A DNA stretch of 64,000 bases from a virus. The stretch spans positions 5,621 to 69,620 of the IMG/VR virus record IMGVR_UViG_3300021168_000025; one strand, 5' to 3'. Made by a program: the position numbers and the translations under genes. Below the pieces are notes generated by a model that saw only the letters and a program-made list of their open reading frames with translations, was not told where the DNA came from and made no database searches. Shown piece by piece: positions 9,140-18,709 of this stretch; positions within the stretch are counted from its first letter, which is position 1; every line of letters begins with the position of its first letter.

Positions 9140-12100
9140 ATGGGCAGCGGTAACGGTGTTTTTGATCTCTCCGAACGGTTTGTCGATTACGAAGAAACCG
9201 TGCGGCAAGAGCAGGCAGCCCATCAGGCGTGTATCTGGACCGCGTTGCCTTGCATCATCAACAAGCACATACCGGAAAAGAACACGGTCGAATCACAGCC
9301 CGCGATCCAACTTAATGTGGTTGATGTCAACACCGGGCAGAGCAAGTGGCAGAGTATCCCGGCTGGTGATGACCAACCGTTATTGTTACTCGGCGGCGGC
9401 GGGACGGCGATTACCATCCCGGTGCAGCAAGGTGACGAGGGGCTGGCGATTTATTCGAGCCGGTGTACCGAGAATTGGTTTTGTGACGGCGGGGTCAAGC
9501 CGCAAGCGTCCGCGCGGATGCACAACCTGTCCGATGCGTTTGTGATCCCCGGCTTTCGTTCCCAGCCGAATAAGATACCCAAAGTCAGTACCACAAGTTG
9601 GCAGCTTCGTACCTATGACGGTACGTCATTTATGGACTTTAAGCCGAAACCGGCACCGGGTGCGGCACCACATGCGTCCGGCAACCCGCTGCCGACCTTG
9701 ACGATGAGTATCGAGTCGGCGATCAGCGTCAATTCCTTTGCCGGGAGTATCATTCACGCCGCCGGGGTACCGCTGCCGCAAATCCCTAATGTTCAGAATA
9801 TTATTGGGAGTATCGTTCACGCTGCCGGGGTTCCTATACCGAGTATCCCGTCCGGTGTCGGCCAAATCCTCCATTCGGCACTGAACACGATTAGTCACGC
9901 GACCCAACTCGGTGACATCCTGCACAACGCGAGTGTTGGGAGTATCCTGCATGCGGCAGGGCTGAACTTCTCGGCCAACGCTTCTGTCACGGCATCCCTT
10001 GGCGGTGTGGCGACTGTCAAGATCAATGCCGGTACCTCGGCGATGCTCGCCAGTATGGAACCGCGCTTTGCGGCGGGTGTCAGTATCAATCTCAATTCAC
10101 CGATTGTACAGATCAGTGCCGACCTTAAGGCGTTTGGCAAAATCGATGCTTCGGGCGGGTTTTTTGTCAATGGTGTTCCTATCGGTGGTGGCGGTGGTGG
10201 TGGTGGGATTACGAGTGTCACTCTAATCGGTGATGTTGTTGGTACCGGTGCGGAAACCGTACCAACTACCGTGGTCGCGATGCATGGTCGATCGGTGCCG
10301 GATGTGGCACCGAATGACGGCCAGCTACTGGGTTGGTCGAACAACGCTTGGATACCGCTTGATCCCGGTAGTGGTCCTGCCGGTCCTCCGGGTCCGACAG
10401 GTCCGCAAGGTCCGGCAGGCCCGACCGGGGCTACCGGACCACAGGGTCTTCAGGGTCTGCCGGGGCCGATCGGCGCGACCGGTGATCCTGGTCCGCAGGG
10501 TGATGCCGGCCCACCCGGCGCAACCGGCGGCACGGGTCCACAGGGTCCGGCAGGGGCGCAGGGCAGTCCCGGCACCCCTGGTGCGACAGGTGGCACCGGA
10601 CCACAGGGTCCAGCGGGTCCACAGGGTCCACAGGGTCCACAGGGCGTTACAGGTGCCGCCTCCACTGTACCGGGTCCGGCGGGGCCGACAGGGGCCACAG
10701 GCGCAACCGGTGGCGTGGGTCCACAAGGTCCAGCGGGTCCACAGGGCGCTACGGGTGCCACAGGCGCAGCCTCTACCGTGCCGGGTCCAACGGGACCGCA
10801 GGGTCCGATCGGCTTGACGGGGGCAACCGGTCCTGCGGGGCCGACAGGGGCTATCGGGCCGACAGGCGCGACAGGCTCGCAGGGTGTGCCGGGGACGCCG
10901 GGTGCTACGGGTGCTACAGGACCGCAGGGTCCGATCGGCTTGACAGGCGCTACCGGTCCCACAGGCGCGACAGGCGCGACAGGTGCCGCCTCGACCGTAC
11001 CGGGTCCAGCAGGGCCGACAGGCGCTACCGGAGCGACCGGTGCTACCGGTCCAGGTGTCGCGGTAGGCGGCACAGCCGGGCAAGTGCTGTCAAAAATTGA
11101 CGCGACCAACTACAACACGCAGTGGATCACAATTGGCGCGGGCACGATAACCGGTGTCACGGCAGGAACCGGACTCACAGGCGGCGGCACGACCGGCACC
11201 GTCACTCTTAACCTCGCGGTGCCGGTTACTGTACCAAACGGCGGTACCGGTAACACGACGTTTGATCCTTCCCAGGCTTTGCCGACAAACATCTTTGCCG
11301 GGTCCGTACCGGTTCTGGTCGGTAATGGCACTTCGGCGGTTACAACCAACAGCTTGATCCAGCCTTACACCAACGGTGTCGCGATCAAAGGCCGTGACAC
11401 CGGAGCTACAGCCACCCTGCAATTGTACAGCACACGGACCCCGACCACTGGCCAAGTTATAGCGGTGATCGGGGCCAACGCACTTGTCAGCGCGGGTACC
11501 GCTTCGCCTTCCAGCGGTATTATCCAGTTTACCGCGCGCGAGAACATCTCATCGACCACTCTTGGAACGATGATCGTTTTTAGAACGACGCCGATTGGAA
11601 GTGCCTCACCGACACAAAACTCGGTTTTTGGAGACGGTATACAGGTCGGTACCCCCACTGGCGGTGACATGGGGGTGGGCACGGTTAATGCGAGTAACTA
11701 TTACATTAATGGAACAGCCTTGTCAGGAACTTTCCTACCACTGACCGGTGGCACGGTTACCGGGCGACTCACTGTGTCATTGGCTGATACCGCGCCGATG
11801 TTCCTGATAGCGGGCACCACCGATGGCATCCGCTTTTTTACGAATTCGACCGGTTCTTCAATTGAGGGTGTTGATAGGACTGGTACCGTCTCATACCAGC
11901 CGTTATTTGTGGGTGGTAGTTCAGTCACTTTGGAACTTAGCGGCAGTGCCTACGTCGAAGTCACTCCGTCTTTGATGTTGATCCATGAGTTGACCAAGGT
12001 TGATTTCAACAGCAGTGTCGCCAGCCAGACGCCACCTGTTGGGACGATGTTCTGGCTCGATCCACCTGATGGGCAGACGGCGCGGTTTCTCTTTGACAGT

Positions 12101-12967
12101 CACGGTACAGTCCAGTCGGTGATGTCCTTTCGCGCGGCGCGAGGGACACGGGCCGCGCCGACCGCCTCGCAGACCAATGACGTATTGGGCGCGGCAAACG
12201 CTTTTGGCTACGGCGCGACGGCGTATTCGACCGGGGCCAAGGCCGTTCTCCAGTTTGTCGCCGCCGAGAACTGGACCGACACTGCGCAGGGTACACAAAT
12301 CCGCTTTATGACGACACCGGTTGGGACGACGGCAAACGCGGTTGTCGCGACGCTCGATGGCATTGGTCACCTTGGGCTTAATGCTACTCCCGGTACCGCT
12401 GAACTGCAATTCTCAGCCGCATACACTGGTTCACCCCCGGTTGTTAATAAGATCGACTTTTACGGTGGTGGACCTGGAGGGTTTGGTATCGGTCTTTCGG
12501 GCGGCTCGGTCGATTACATTTCGCAAACCCACGATTTTTATGCTAACAGCGTTCGCGTCCTTGCCATCGCGTCCACCGGTCTGTCACCCGGTGCCGATAA
12601 TACAATCAATCTCGGAACGACCGCATTGGCGTGGGCTAACGTGTACTCCCACGCCTACCCGGCTCCCTCCGATATTCGGTTGAAGCGTGATATTAGTGAC
12701 CTCCCTGACTGCCTCGATTTGGTCAAGAGAGTTACTCCGCAAAGGTTCCGCTGGCGGCATGGCTGCGATCAGGAACGGGTCAATTGGGGGTTTATCGCGC
12801 AGGATGTCGCGGCGGTGATGGAAGAGACGGGGCATGAATTTGGCGGTCACCGGGTCGAGTGTGACACTCATGCGCTCGAATACAACCAATTAACCGCTGT
12901 TTTATGGAAAGCGGTACAGGAACTCGCCGCTGAAGTTCAGTCACTCAAAGCGAGAATGCTCCAGTAA
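9140..12967 (+). CDS. Gp138/gpV-like central spike fused to a collagen-like region, fibre domains and C-terminal S74 chaperone
   Basis: N-term [23 protein letters not shown]; long Gly-X-Y tract; C-term SDIRLKRDI...GFIAQDV...coiled coil. Confidence 0.8.
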   Translation: MGSGNGVFDLSERFVDYEETVRQEQAAHQACIWTALPCIINKHIPEKNTVESQPAIQLNVVDVNTGQSKWQSIPAGDDQPLLLLGGGGTAITIPVQQGDEGLAIYSSRCTENWFCDGGVKPQASARMHNLSDAFVIPGFRSQPNKIPKVSTTSWQLRTYDGTSFMDFKPKPAPGAAPHASGNPLPTLTMSIESAISVNSFAGSIIHAAGVPLPQIPNVQNIIGSIVHAAGVPIPSIPSGVGQILHSALNTISHATQLGDILHNASVGSILHAAGLNFSANASVTASLGGVATVKINAGTSAMLASMEPRFAAGVSINLNSPIVQISADLKAFGKIDASGGFFVNGVPIGGGGGGGGITSVTLIGDVVGTGAETVPTTVVAMHGRSVPDVAPNDGQLLGWSNNAWIPLDPGSGPAGPPGPTGPQGPAGPTGATGPQGLQGLPGPIGATGDPGPQGDAGPPGATGGTGPQGPAGAQGSPGTPGATGGTGPQGPAGPQGPQGPQGVTGAASTVPGPAGPTGATGATGGVGPQGPAGPQGATGATGAASTVPGPTGPQGPIGLTGATGPAGPTGAIGPTGATGSQGVPGTPGATGATGPQGPIGLTGATGPTGATGATGAASTVPGPAGPTGATGATGATGPGVAVGGTAGQVLSKIDATNYNTQWITIGAGTITGVTAGTGLTGGGTTGTVTLNLAVPVTVPNGGTGNTTFDPSQALPTNIFAGSVPVLVGNGTSAVTTNSLIQPYTNGVAIKGRDTGATATLQLYSTRTPTTGQVIAVIGANALVSAGTASPSSGIIQFTARENISSTTLGTMIVFRTTPIGSASPTQNSVFGDGIQVGTPTGGDMGVGTVNASNYYINGTALSGTFLPLTGGTVTGRLTVSLADTAPMFLIAGTTDGIRFFTNSTGSSIEGVDRTGTVSYQPLFVGGSSVTLELSGSAYVEVTPSLMLIHELTKVDFNSSVASQTPPVGTMFWLDPPDGQTARFLFDSHGTVQSVMSFRAARGTRAAPTASQTNDVLGAANAFGYGATAYSTGAKAVLQFVAAENWTDTAQGTQIRFMTTPVGTTANAVVATLDGIGHLGLNATPGTAELQFSAAYTGSPPVVNKIDFYGGGPGGFGIGLSGGSVDYISQTHDFYANSVRVLAIASTGLSPGADNTINLGTTALAWANVYSHAYPAPSDIRLKRDISDLPDCLDLVKRVTPQRFRWRHGCDQERVNWGFIAQDVAAVMEETGHEFGGHRVECDTHALEYNQLTAVLWKAVQELAAEVQSLKARMLQ
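10369..11055 (+). repeat. Collagen-like Gly-X-Y coding repeat
   Basis: [13 protein letters not shown] runs interrupted four times by AASTVP. Confidence 0.9.
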
Positions 12968-12985
12968 CCCAAAGGAGGACAGGTT

Positions 12986-13264
12986 ATGCAGTCACAAACA
13001 CCAACGCCGGTTCCGCCGAATTATCCTATGGCGGTGCAACTCGAAGCGCAGCAGTGGAACCAAGTGATTGCCTCGTTGGCTGATGCGCCGTGGCGGGTTG
13101 CCGCGCCGTTGATCGAATCGATCACTAGCCAATTGTCGGCGTTGACGCGTCAACAAGATCAGGTTCCGGCGGCACCGTCACCGGTTGGTAACGGGCTGAG
13201 TTCCAGTCCAATGCCACCAATGGAAATCGTATCTGATGTGACAAAGGAGAACGAGCATGGCTGA
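12986..13264 (+). CDS. Hypothetical protein
   Basis: AAGGAGG RBS; in tail operon. Confidence 0.65.
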   Translation: MQSQTPTPVPPNYPMAVQLEAQQWNQVIASLADAPWRVAAPLIESITSQLSALTRQQDQVPAAPSPVGNGLSSSPMPPMEIVSDVTKENEHG

Positions 13265-13655
13265 GTATACCGATGTGCCCGACATCAACACGCTTTATAT
13301 CGAGAACGAGCAGGTCAACACAGCAATCGGTTTGTTACAGGGAACCGGTACGATGCTGTTTTTTACGATCGGCGAGACACCGGCTTCTGGTTCAACGCCT
13401 CAGATGTGGATGGGTACGAGGATAAATTCCTACCCTCCGGCTATCGATGCTACGCTCACACAGAGCATACTCAATTACTTGACTCAGAAGTCGAGTGACA
13501 TCCAAACGCAACTTGCTAATTTGGGAGTGGTTAACCCGGCACCGCCGCCATCGGGTGCTACCGGGGCTACCGGAGCTACCGGTTCGATTGGTCCAACCGG
13601 TACAGTCGGTGCCAGCGGAGCCGGTGCCACGGGTGCGTCGGTTAGAGGCGCGTGA
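13257..13655 (+). CDS. Hypothetical protein with short GAT repeats
   Basis: AAGGAG RBS; overlaps the previous gene. Confidence 0.6.
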   Translation: MAEYTDVPDINTLYIENEQVNTAIGLLQGTGTMLFFTIGETPASGSTPQMWMGTRINSYPPAIDATLTQSILNYLTQKSSDIQTQLANLGVVNPAPPPSGATGATGATGSIGPTGTVGASGAGATGASVRGA

Positions 13656-13659
13656 TCTC

Positions 13660-14106
13660 ATGCGGCTGAGAAAACAAGACGCGAGCGGTGACTACCAATT
13701 CGGCCACAACGGGGCTGATTTCTGGTATAACCAAGTTGAGGGAGTCGGGCAGTCGATAGAAACCCGACTCCTACTTTATCGTGGTGAATGGTTCCTCGAT
13801 TTGCAAGAGGGTACGCCGTGGGGTGGGTTCCCGCTCAATCCGGCGGTTGTCCGGCAGGGGCAAATCCTCGGGGCGCACACGGAACTGACGCGCGACGTGG
13901 CACTTCGTACCCGTGTGCTTGAGACTGTCGGTGTGCAGTCTATTGACTTGTATGCTTCGCAAGTCGATCCCAACACCCGGCAGTTTTCGGTGCAGATGAT
14001 CATCACTACGGTGTACGGGAAGTTGGCGGTACAGGTGACACCGATAGTGGAACGTCCGCATTTTGTGCTTAATTGGTCGGCGCTGACCGGGAGTGCCCCG
14101 CTATGA
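13660..14106 (+). CDS. Baseplate wedge subunit (gp25/gp46-like)
   Basis: MRLRKQDASGDYQFG, RLLLYRGEWFLD...GTPW; start reassigned to 13660. Confidence 0.75.
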   Translation: MRLRKQDASGDYQFGHNGADFWYNQVEGVGQSIETRLLLYRGEWFLDLQEGTPWGGFPLNPAVVRQGQILGAHTELTRDVALRTRVLETVGVQSIDLYASQVDPNTRQFSVQMIITTVYGKLAVQVTPIVERPHFVLNWSALTGSAPL

Positions 14107-15533
14107 CGACACCGGTTATAGTTACCATTGATGCGAACGGGATCAAAGCGGTTCCGTTCGAACAGGTACTGGCTTATTTCCAGTCACAGTTTCGTACCAT
14201 TTATGGTGCGGACATCGTGATCGATCCCGATACCCAAGACGGTCAGTTACTCGGTATCTATTCTCAGGCGTTGGATGACACCAATAATGCAGCGATTGCC
14301 GCTTTTAATTCGTTCCGCCCTAGCTTTGCGGTTGGTACTGGTCTTTCGAGCATTGTCAAAATCAACGGGATTAGCAGGAAGATCGCCACCAACAGCTTGG
14401 TGACGGTTACCTTGGGTGGAACAGTCGGTACGGCGATCCAAAATGTATATGTGAGTGACAATTTAAACCTCAATACCCAATGGTTTATTCCGGGACCGGT
14501 GACCATCCCACCCGCTGGGGTAATCGATACGCAGGCGGTTTGTACTCTGGCGGGCGCGACTGTTGCGGCACCTAATACCCTTACCAACATCGATACTCCC
14601 GTTCCTGGGTGGCAAACGGTTACCAACGCCGCTCCGTCGATTGTCGGCGCACCGGTCGAGAACGATGCGCAGCTACGGCGGCGGCAAACCAAATCGACCG
14701 CGAACCCGGCGCAGACGGTTTTGTCATCGATCCAGGGGAACCTGTTGGCGGTACCCAGCGTGACTCGCGCGCGGGTGTACGAGAACACCACGTTTGTCAC
14801 CGATGCCAACGGTATCCCGTCACACAGTATCGCCGCTGTGGTCGAAGGTGCCGATCCGGTGGCGATTGCGACCAGCATCGCGAACACTAAGCCACCGGGT
14901 ATCCCGACCTATGGCAATGTGACACAAACGATTATCGATAGCAAAGGGATGCCCGCGACGATCAACTATTTCCAGATGGTCAAGTCGGAAATTTACGGAC
15001 TGATACACGCTAAGGCGGTTCTCGGTTACTCGGATACGATTGGTACCTATGCGACACAAGCCCTTGCCCAGTACATCAATGATCTGGAGATTGGTAACAG
15101 TATCCATATCGGTGATGTTTACTCACCCGTGAACCTCGATGGTGACGCGGCTATTGCGGCAACTGGTCTGAACCAGACACAGCTTGATCCGCTGGGAGCC
15201 ACGTATTCCATTGTCACCCCTTACGGTTTGGCGCTGGCGCGTTCCGACATGTATGTCATCGGCGGTCCTTATACCGTTAACGGGGTCAATGTCGCGAACC
15301 CCGGCTTATTCAGTGTCGGCGAGGCTATCTGGTTGACACTGAATACCAACACCTTTTTTCAGTCGATAATCACCTCGATTAGTGGCACCGCGATCTTCTT
15401 CGCCGACAACATCCCGATCGGATCAAATGTACCTCCGGGTGCGGTGGTCTACGGCGTGGCCGATATACCAATAGATTTCTACGGAGCAGCCTCGGTGTCT
15501 GACCTCAGCCAACTAACCTTTATGGTGTCGTGA
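14103..15533 (+). CDS. Baseplate J-like protein
   Basis: IYGADI, DTQDGQ, ENDAQLRRRQ, HSIAAVVEG motifs. Confidence 0.88.
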   Translation: MTTPVIVTIDANGIKAVPFEQVLAYFQSQFRTIYGADIVIDPDTQDGQLLGIYSQALDDTNNAAIAAFNSFRPSFAVGTGLSSIVKINGISRKIATNSLVTVTLGGTVGTAIQNVYVSDNLNLNTQWFIPGPVTIPPAGVIDTQAVCTLAGATVAAPNTLTNIDTPVPGWQTVTNAAPSIVGAPVENDAQLRRRQTKSTANPAQTVLSSIQGNLLAVPSVTRARVYENTTFVTDANGIPSHSIAAVVEGADPVAIATSIANTKPPGIPTYGNVTQTIIDSKGMPATINYFQMVKSEIYGLIHAKAVLGYSDTIGTYATQALAQYINDLEIGNSIHIGDVYSPVNLDGDAAIAATGLNQTQLDPLGATYSIVTPYGLALARSDMYVIGGPYTVNGVNVANPGLFSVGEAIWLTLNTNTFFQSIITSISGTAIFFADNIPIGSNVPPGAVVYGVADIPIDFYGAASVSDLSQLTFMVS

Positions 15534-16285
15534 TGATTGATGGAACCGAACCGCCGCCGTCTCGCAATGGTATCGCGGATATCACCAATTACCTCGATGA
15601 AGTCACTTCGGAGCACAACCAGAAACCGAAGTATATCGAGATGCTCATCGCGTTGCTCCAGCCGTTTGGTGACGATACCTGGATGCAGACGCACTACTAT
15701 CTGTATTACGATATCGATCTCGCGATCGGTGCCCAACTCGACGCGGTGGGTGAGTGGGTGGGGCGCAACCGGTTCCTGACGATACCGATCGAAGGTTACT
15801 TTAGTTGGGACATCGAGGGGCTGGGGTGGAATCAGGCTCCATGGAAGCGACCGTTTGATCCCGACACAGGTACCACAGCATTGCCGGACGACGCTTACCG
15901 GATATTGCTCAAGGCGGTGATCGAGGCGAATCATTGGGATGGGACGATCCCCGGTGCCTATGTGGCCTACGATAAGCTGTTTGGTGGCACCGGGTACTCC
16001 GTCGCGATCCAGGACTGGGGCAATCTCACAATGGGGTTGTTGCTGCTCGGACCACGACCACCCGATGTGATCACCCAGGCTTTGTTCACAACCGGCGAAC
16101 TCGACCTAAGACCGGCAGCGATCGGGATTACTCACTACCTGCCGAGTGTGTGGCCCGCCGGTCCTGGCGGTACCCCGGCGTTTGGGTTTGATTGCATGGA
16201 TTCAACGATCGCGGGTTGGGATGTCGGTGCCTGGGCCGAGTTGGTGGAGACACCCGACACGGTTAGAACTCCACCCGTTCCTTGA
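15530..16285 (+). CDS. Baseplate protein (DUF2612/gpI-like)
   Basis: AIGAQLDAVGEWVG, LPDDAYR, NHWDGT. Confidence 0.82.
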   Translation: MMIDGTEPPPSRNGIADITNYLDEVTSEHNQKPKYIEMLIALLQPFGDDTWMQTHYYLYYDIDLAIGAQLDAVGEWVGRNRFLTIPIEGYFSWDIEGLGWNQAPWKRPFDPDTGTTALPDDAYRILLKAVIEANHWDGTIPGAYVAYDKLFGGTGYSVAIQDWGNLTMGLLLLGPRPPDVITQALFTTGELDLRPAAIGITHYLPSVWPAGPGGTPAFGFDCMDSTIAGWDVGAWAELVETPDTVRTPPVP

Positions 16286-16302
16286 GATAGGGGGCTATAC
16301 CG

Positions 16303-18078
16303 ATGGCGCAAAATGACTACTTACCGTTCGCCACCGGAGCAGGGGCGAATGTCATCGACCAGCCGACCTGGGCTGCTAGCTCGGTGCGCGCGGAGGGGTT
16401 CTTTGCCGGGTTAGCCAAGTCTATCGAGGCTAACAAGGCGCTTCGGCAGGGAACCTTTGTCGCGGCATCGATTTCCGAGTGGGTCAACGGACAATTAGTG
16501 ACTGTACCCATTCTCGATGACGGCAATGTCGGAACATGGGTGTCGAATTTTGATGCGGCACTGGTTCACCGTATCCAGACCATTGTTGGTGGTGATCTTA
16601 CTGCCTACCTGCCGTTGGTCGGTGGTACGCTTTACCTCGCTGGTGCGAGTGACCGTTTGGTGATGCAAGCCGATGCCGGGCAGAACGCCCGGATCAGGTA
16701 CTATGTTGCTGGTCAGGATATCTGGTCGGCTGGTCTTGATTATAATGGTATGTTTGCTGTTGCTGACGAAACCGCCGGGCGGTTAACCCTTGGAATGACG
16801 GCTGCCGGTGTTTCGATATACCCCCCATTGGCGATCGGTAGCACTATCAACGGTCACGCTCTTAGTGGGAACGGTATCGGATACCCGGCTTATAGTGGAC
16901 ACTATGTTGCTTTCGAGTGGACCGGCGCGTATCTAGTTGGACATGTCGATGGCACAAATGCGCCGGGTGCGCTTGCGGCGTTAAATCAACCAGCAACCTT
17001 TAGCAGCTTGGGGGCTACCGGCGATCTGTCTGTCAACGGGAACATTTGGTCTGGAGGATCAATTAGTGCCGTTTTGGATGTGGGGGCCAATCGTAACCTG
17101 TCGGTTGGCAATGTCGGTACTTTCGGGAACTATATCACTGTCGGTGGTATTACACTACAGAACAATGGCGGTTTTCTCTACAGCCCAAGCGGCATTCGAT
17201 CGGCGAATCAGCTTTATACCGATGGTACTCTTGGCGTTGTCGGGCAGGCGACCTTCGCTGGTGGTGGTACCGCTGTTTATGCGCCCAATGGTAATATAAG
17301 TACCAATCAAGTTATCACTGCGGGTTTGGATGTGGTGGCTAGTCGTAACATATCCGCCGCCGGTAGTATATATTCCAGCAATGACATATCCGCCCAGGGT
17401 AATATATATGGCGCCCATGACATATCCGTCACTGGTAGTATCACTGCTGGGAATGTTGTGTACACGCCTTATATTAACGGCACCCAACCGAATGGTAATG
17501 TGGTTGTTAACGGTGGTACGGTTTGTTTTCCCGCAAGCGGCGCGCAAGTTGCTCTCACGCTCCAAGGTAACCTTCAGATCAACGGTAACGAAGTTCAGGG
17601 ACCAAATGGTGGGCTTAACTTTTATGGCGGCATCATCGTCCAGGTTATATCAGGAAACCTCGATTCGCAGTGGAACTACGGCAACATACGTATTTTTAAT
17701 GGTAGCGGGTATCAGGTGGGAGGCGGGATGTGGTTAGACTCCTCGGACCAGCGGACCAAAAAGGATATCGAACCTTATGCGTGCGGTCTTGATGAGATAC
17801 GCCGCCTGCGCCCGGTCAGGTATAAATTCAACGGTCTTGGGGGTACCATTGATGACGGTAAGACTTATCACGGTCTGATTGCTCAGGACACCCTCGACAT
17901 TATGCCTGAGATGGTCGCTGAGGAACCTGCTCCCCGACATGATCGACAGTTAGCGCCAACAGGCCCAGAGGACGAGAAGTTCTACACGATGAATTGCACC
18001 CCGTTGTTTTTTGCTTTGGTCAATGCGGTGTCTGAACTGGTCGATCGCATCGAGCAGTTGGAAGCGAAAGGGAAGTGA
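16303..18078 (+). CDS. Tail fibre with C-terminal S74 intramolecular chaperone
   Basis: NDYLPFATGAGANV N-term; SDQRTKKDI...GLIAQD C-term. Confidence 0.82.
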   Translation: MAQNDYLPFATGAGANVIDQPTWAASSVRAEGFFAGLAKSIEANKALRQGTFVAASISEWVNGQLVTVPILDDGNVGTWVSNFDAALVHRIQTIVGGDLTAYLPLVGGTLYLAGASDRLVMQADAGQNARIRYYVAGQDIWSAGLDYNGMFAVADETAGRLTLGMTAAGVSIYPPLAIGSTINGHALSGNGIGYPAYSGHYVAFEWTGAYLVGHVDGTNAPGALAALNQPATFSSLGATGDLSVNGNIWSGGSISAVLDVGANRNLSVGNVGTFGNYITVGGITLQNNGGFLYSPSGIRSANQLYTDGTLGVVGQATFAGGGTAVYAPNGNISTNQVITAGLDVVASRNISAAGSIYSSNDISAQGNIYGAHDISVTGSITAGNVVYTPYINGTQPNGNVVVNGGTVCFPASGAQVALTLQGNLQINGNEVQGPNGGLNFYGGIIVQVISGNLDSQWNYGNIRIFNGSGYQVGGGMWLDSSDQRTKKDIEPYACGLDEIRRLRPVRYKFNGLGGTIDDGKTYHGLIAQDTLDIMPEMVAEEPAPRHDRQLAPTGPEDEKFYTMNCTPLFFALVNAVSELVDRIEQLEAKGK

Positions 18079-18082
18079 CGCC

Positions 18083-18709
18083 ATGGCTATGGAAGGCTTC
18101 TATTACGGTGGTTACCCGTGGCGGGACTTTGGTATCCTCACTGCTGGTGACCTCAACTCGGCGATTGGGATAGCGATCCAGCAAGGTAGTGGCAGTGGTG
18201 GTGGTAGTGGATCAATTGATCCCGGCAGTATCACCAATGACAAGCTGGCGACGCCGTGGGTGATGGTCGGTTCCACGCAGTTAATACTCGGCCAGACCGG
18301 TAACAACGTGCTCAGTGGTATGAGTGACCCGACAAACGCGGGTGACTACGCGACCAAGCGTTATGTCGATACCCAGATCGCGGGTGTGAGCGGTGCGGGA
18401 TTAACGGTGACTGCTTCCAAGGTTGTTCCTACTTCCGGTGCTACAGTTGCCGCGCCGTCCGGTGGTGCGATCACCGCGTTGTTGATCGTCCCAGTATCGT
18501 CACTGGCGAATCTGACCATTGTCGCGCCCCCGACACCATCCAATCTCGAAGTGTTTGAGTTGAGCACCACACAGTATATCGACAACCTCACTGTTCTGGC
18601 AGCTACGGGTAACATTATCAGTAACGGCGCGGTCGGCAGCCTGGGTGCCGGTGGCGGTAGAAGCTGGCGATTCTGGACATCCGACAATACGTGGTACGGG
18701 AGATACTGA
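18083..18709 (+). CDS. Tail-associated protein
   Basis: ITNDKLA and DYATKRYVD fibre-type motifs. Confidence 0.6.
   Translation: MAMEGFYYGGYPWRDFGILTAGDLNSAIGIAIQQGSGSGGGSGSIDPGSITNDKLATPWVMVGSTQLILGQTGNNVLSGMSDPTNAGDYATKRYVDTQIAGVSGAGLTVTASKVVPTSGATVAAPSGGAITALLIVPVSSLANLTIVAPPTPSNLEVFELSTTQYIDNLTVLAATGNIISNGAVGSLGAGGGRSWRFWTSDNTWYGRY

Noticed and set aside
10230-11109. Long overlapping ORFs on alternative frames and strand
   Set aside because: Shadow frames of the collagen repeat
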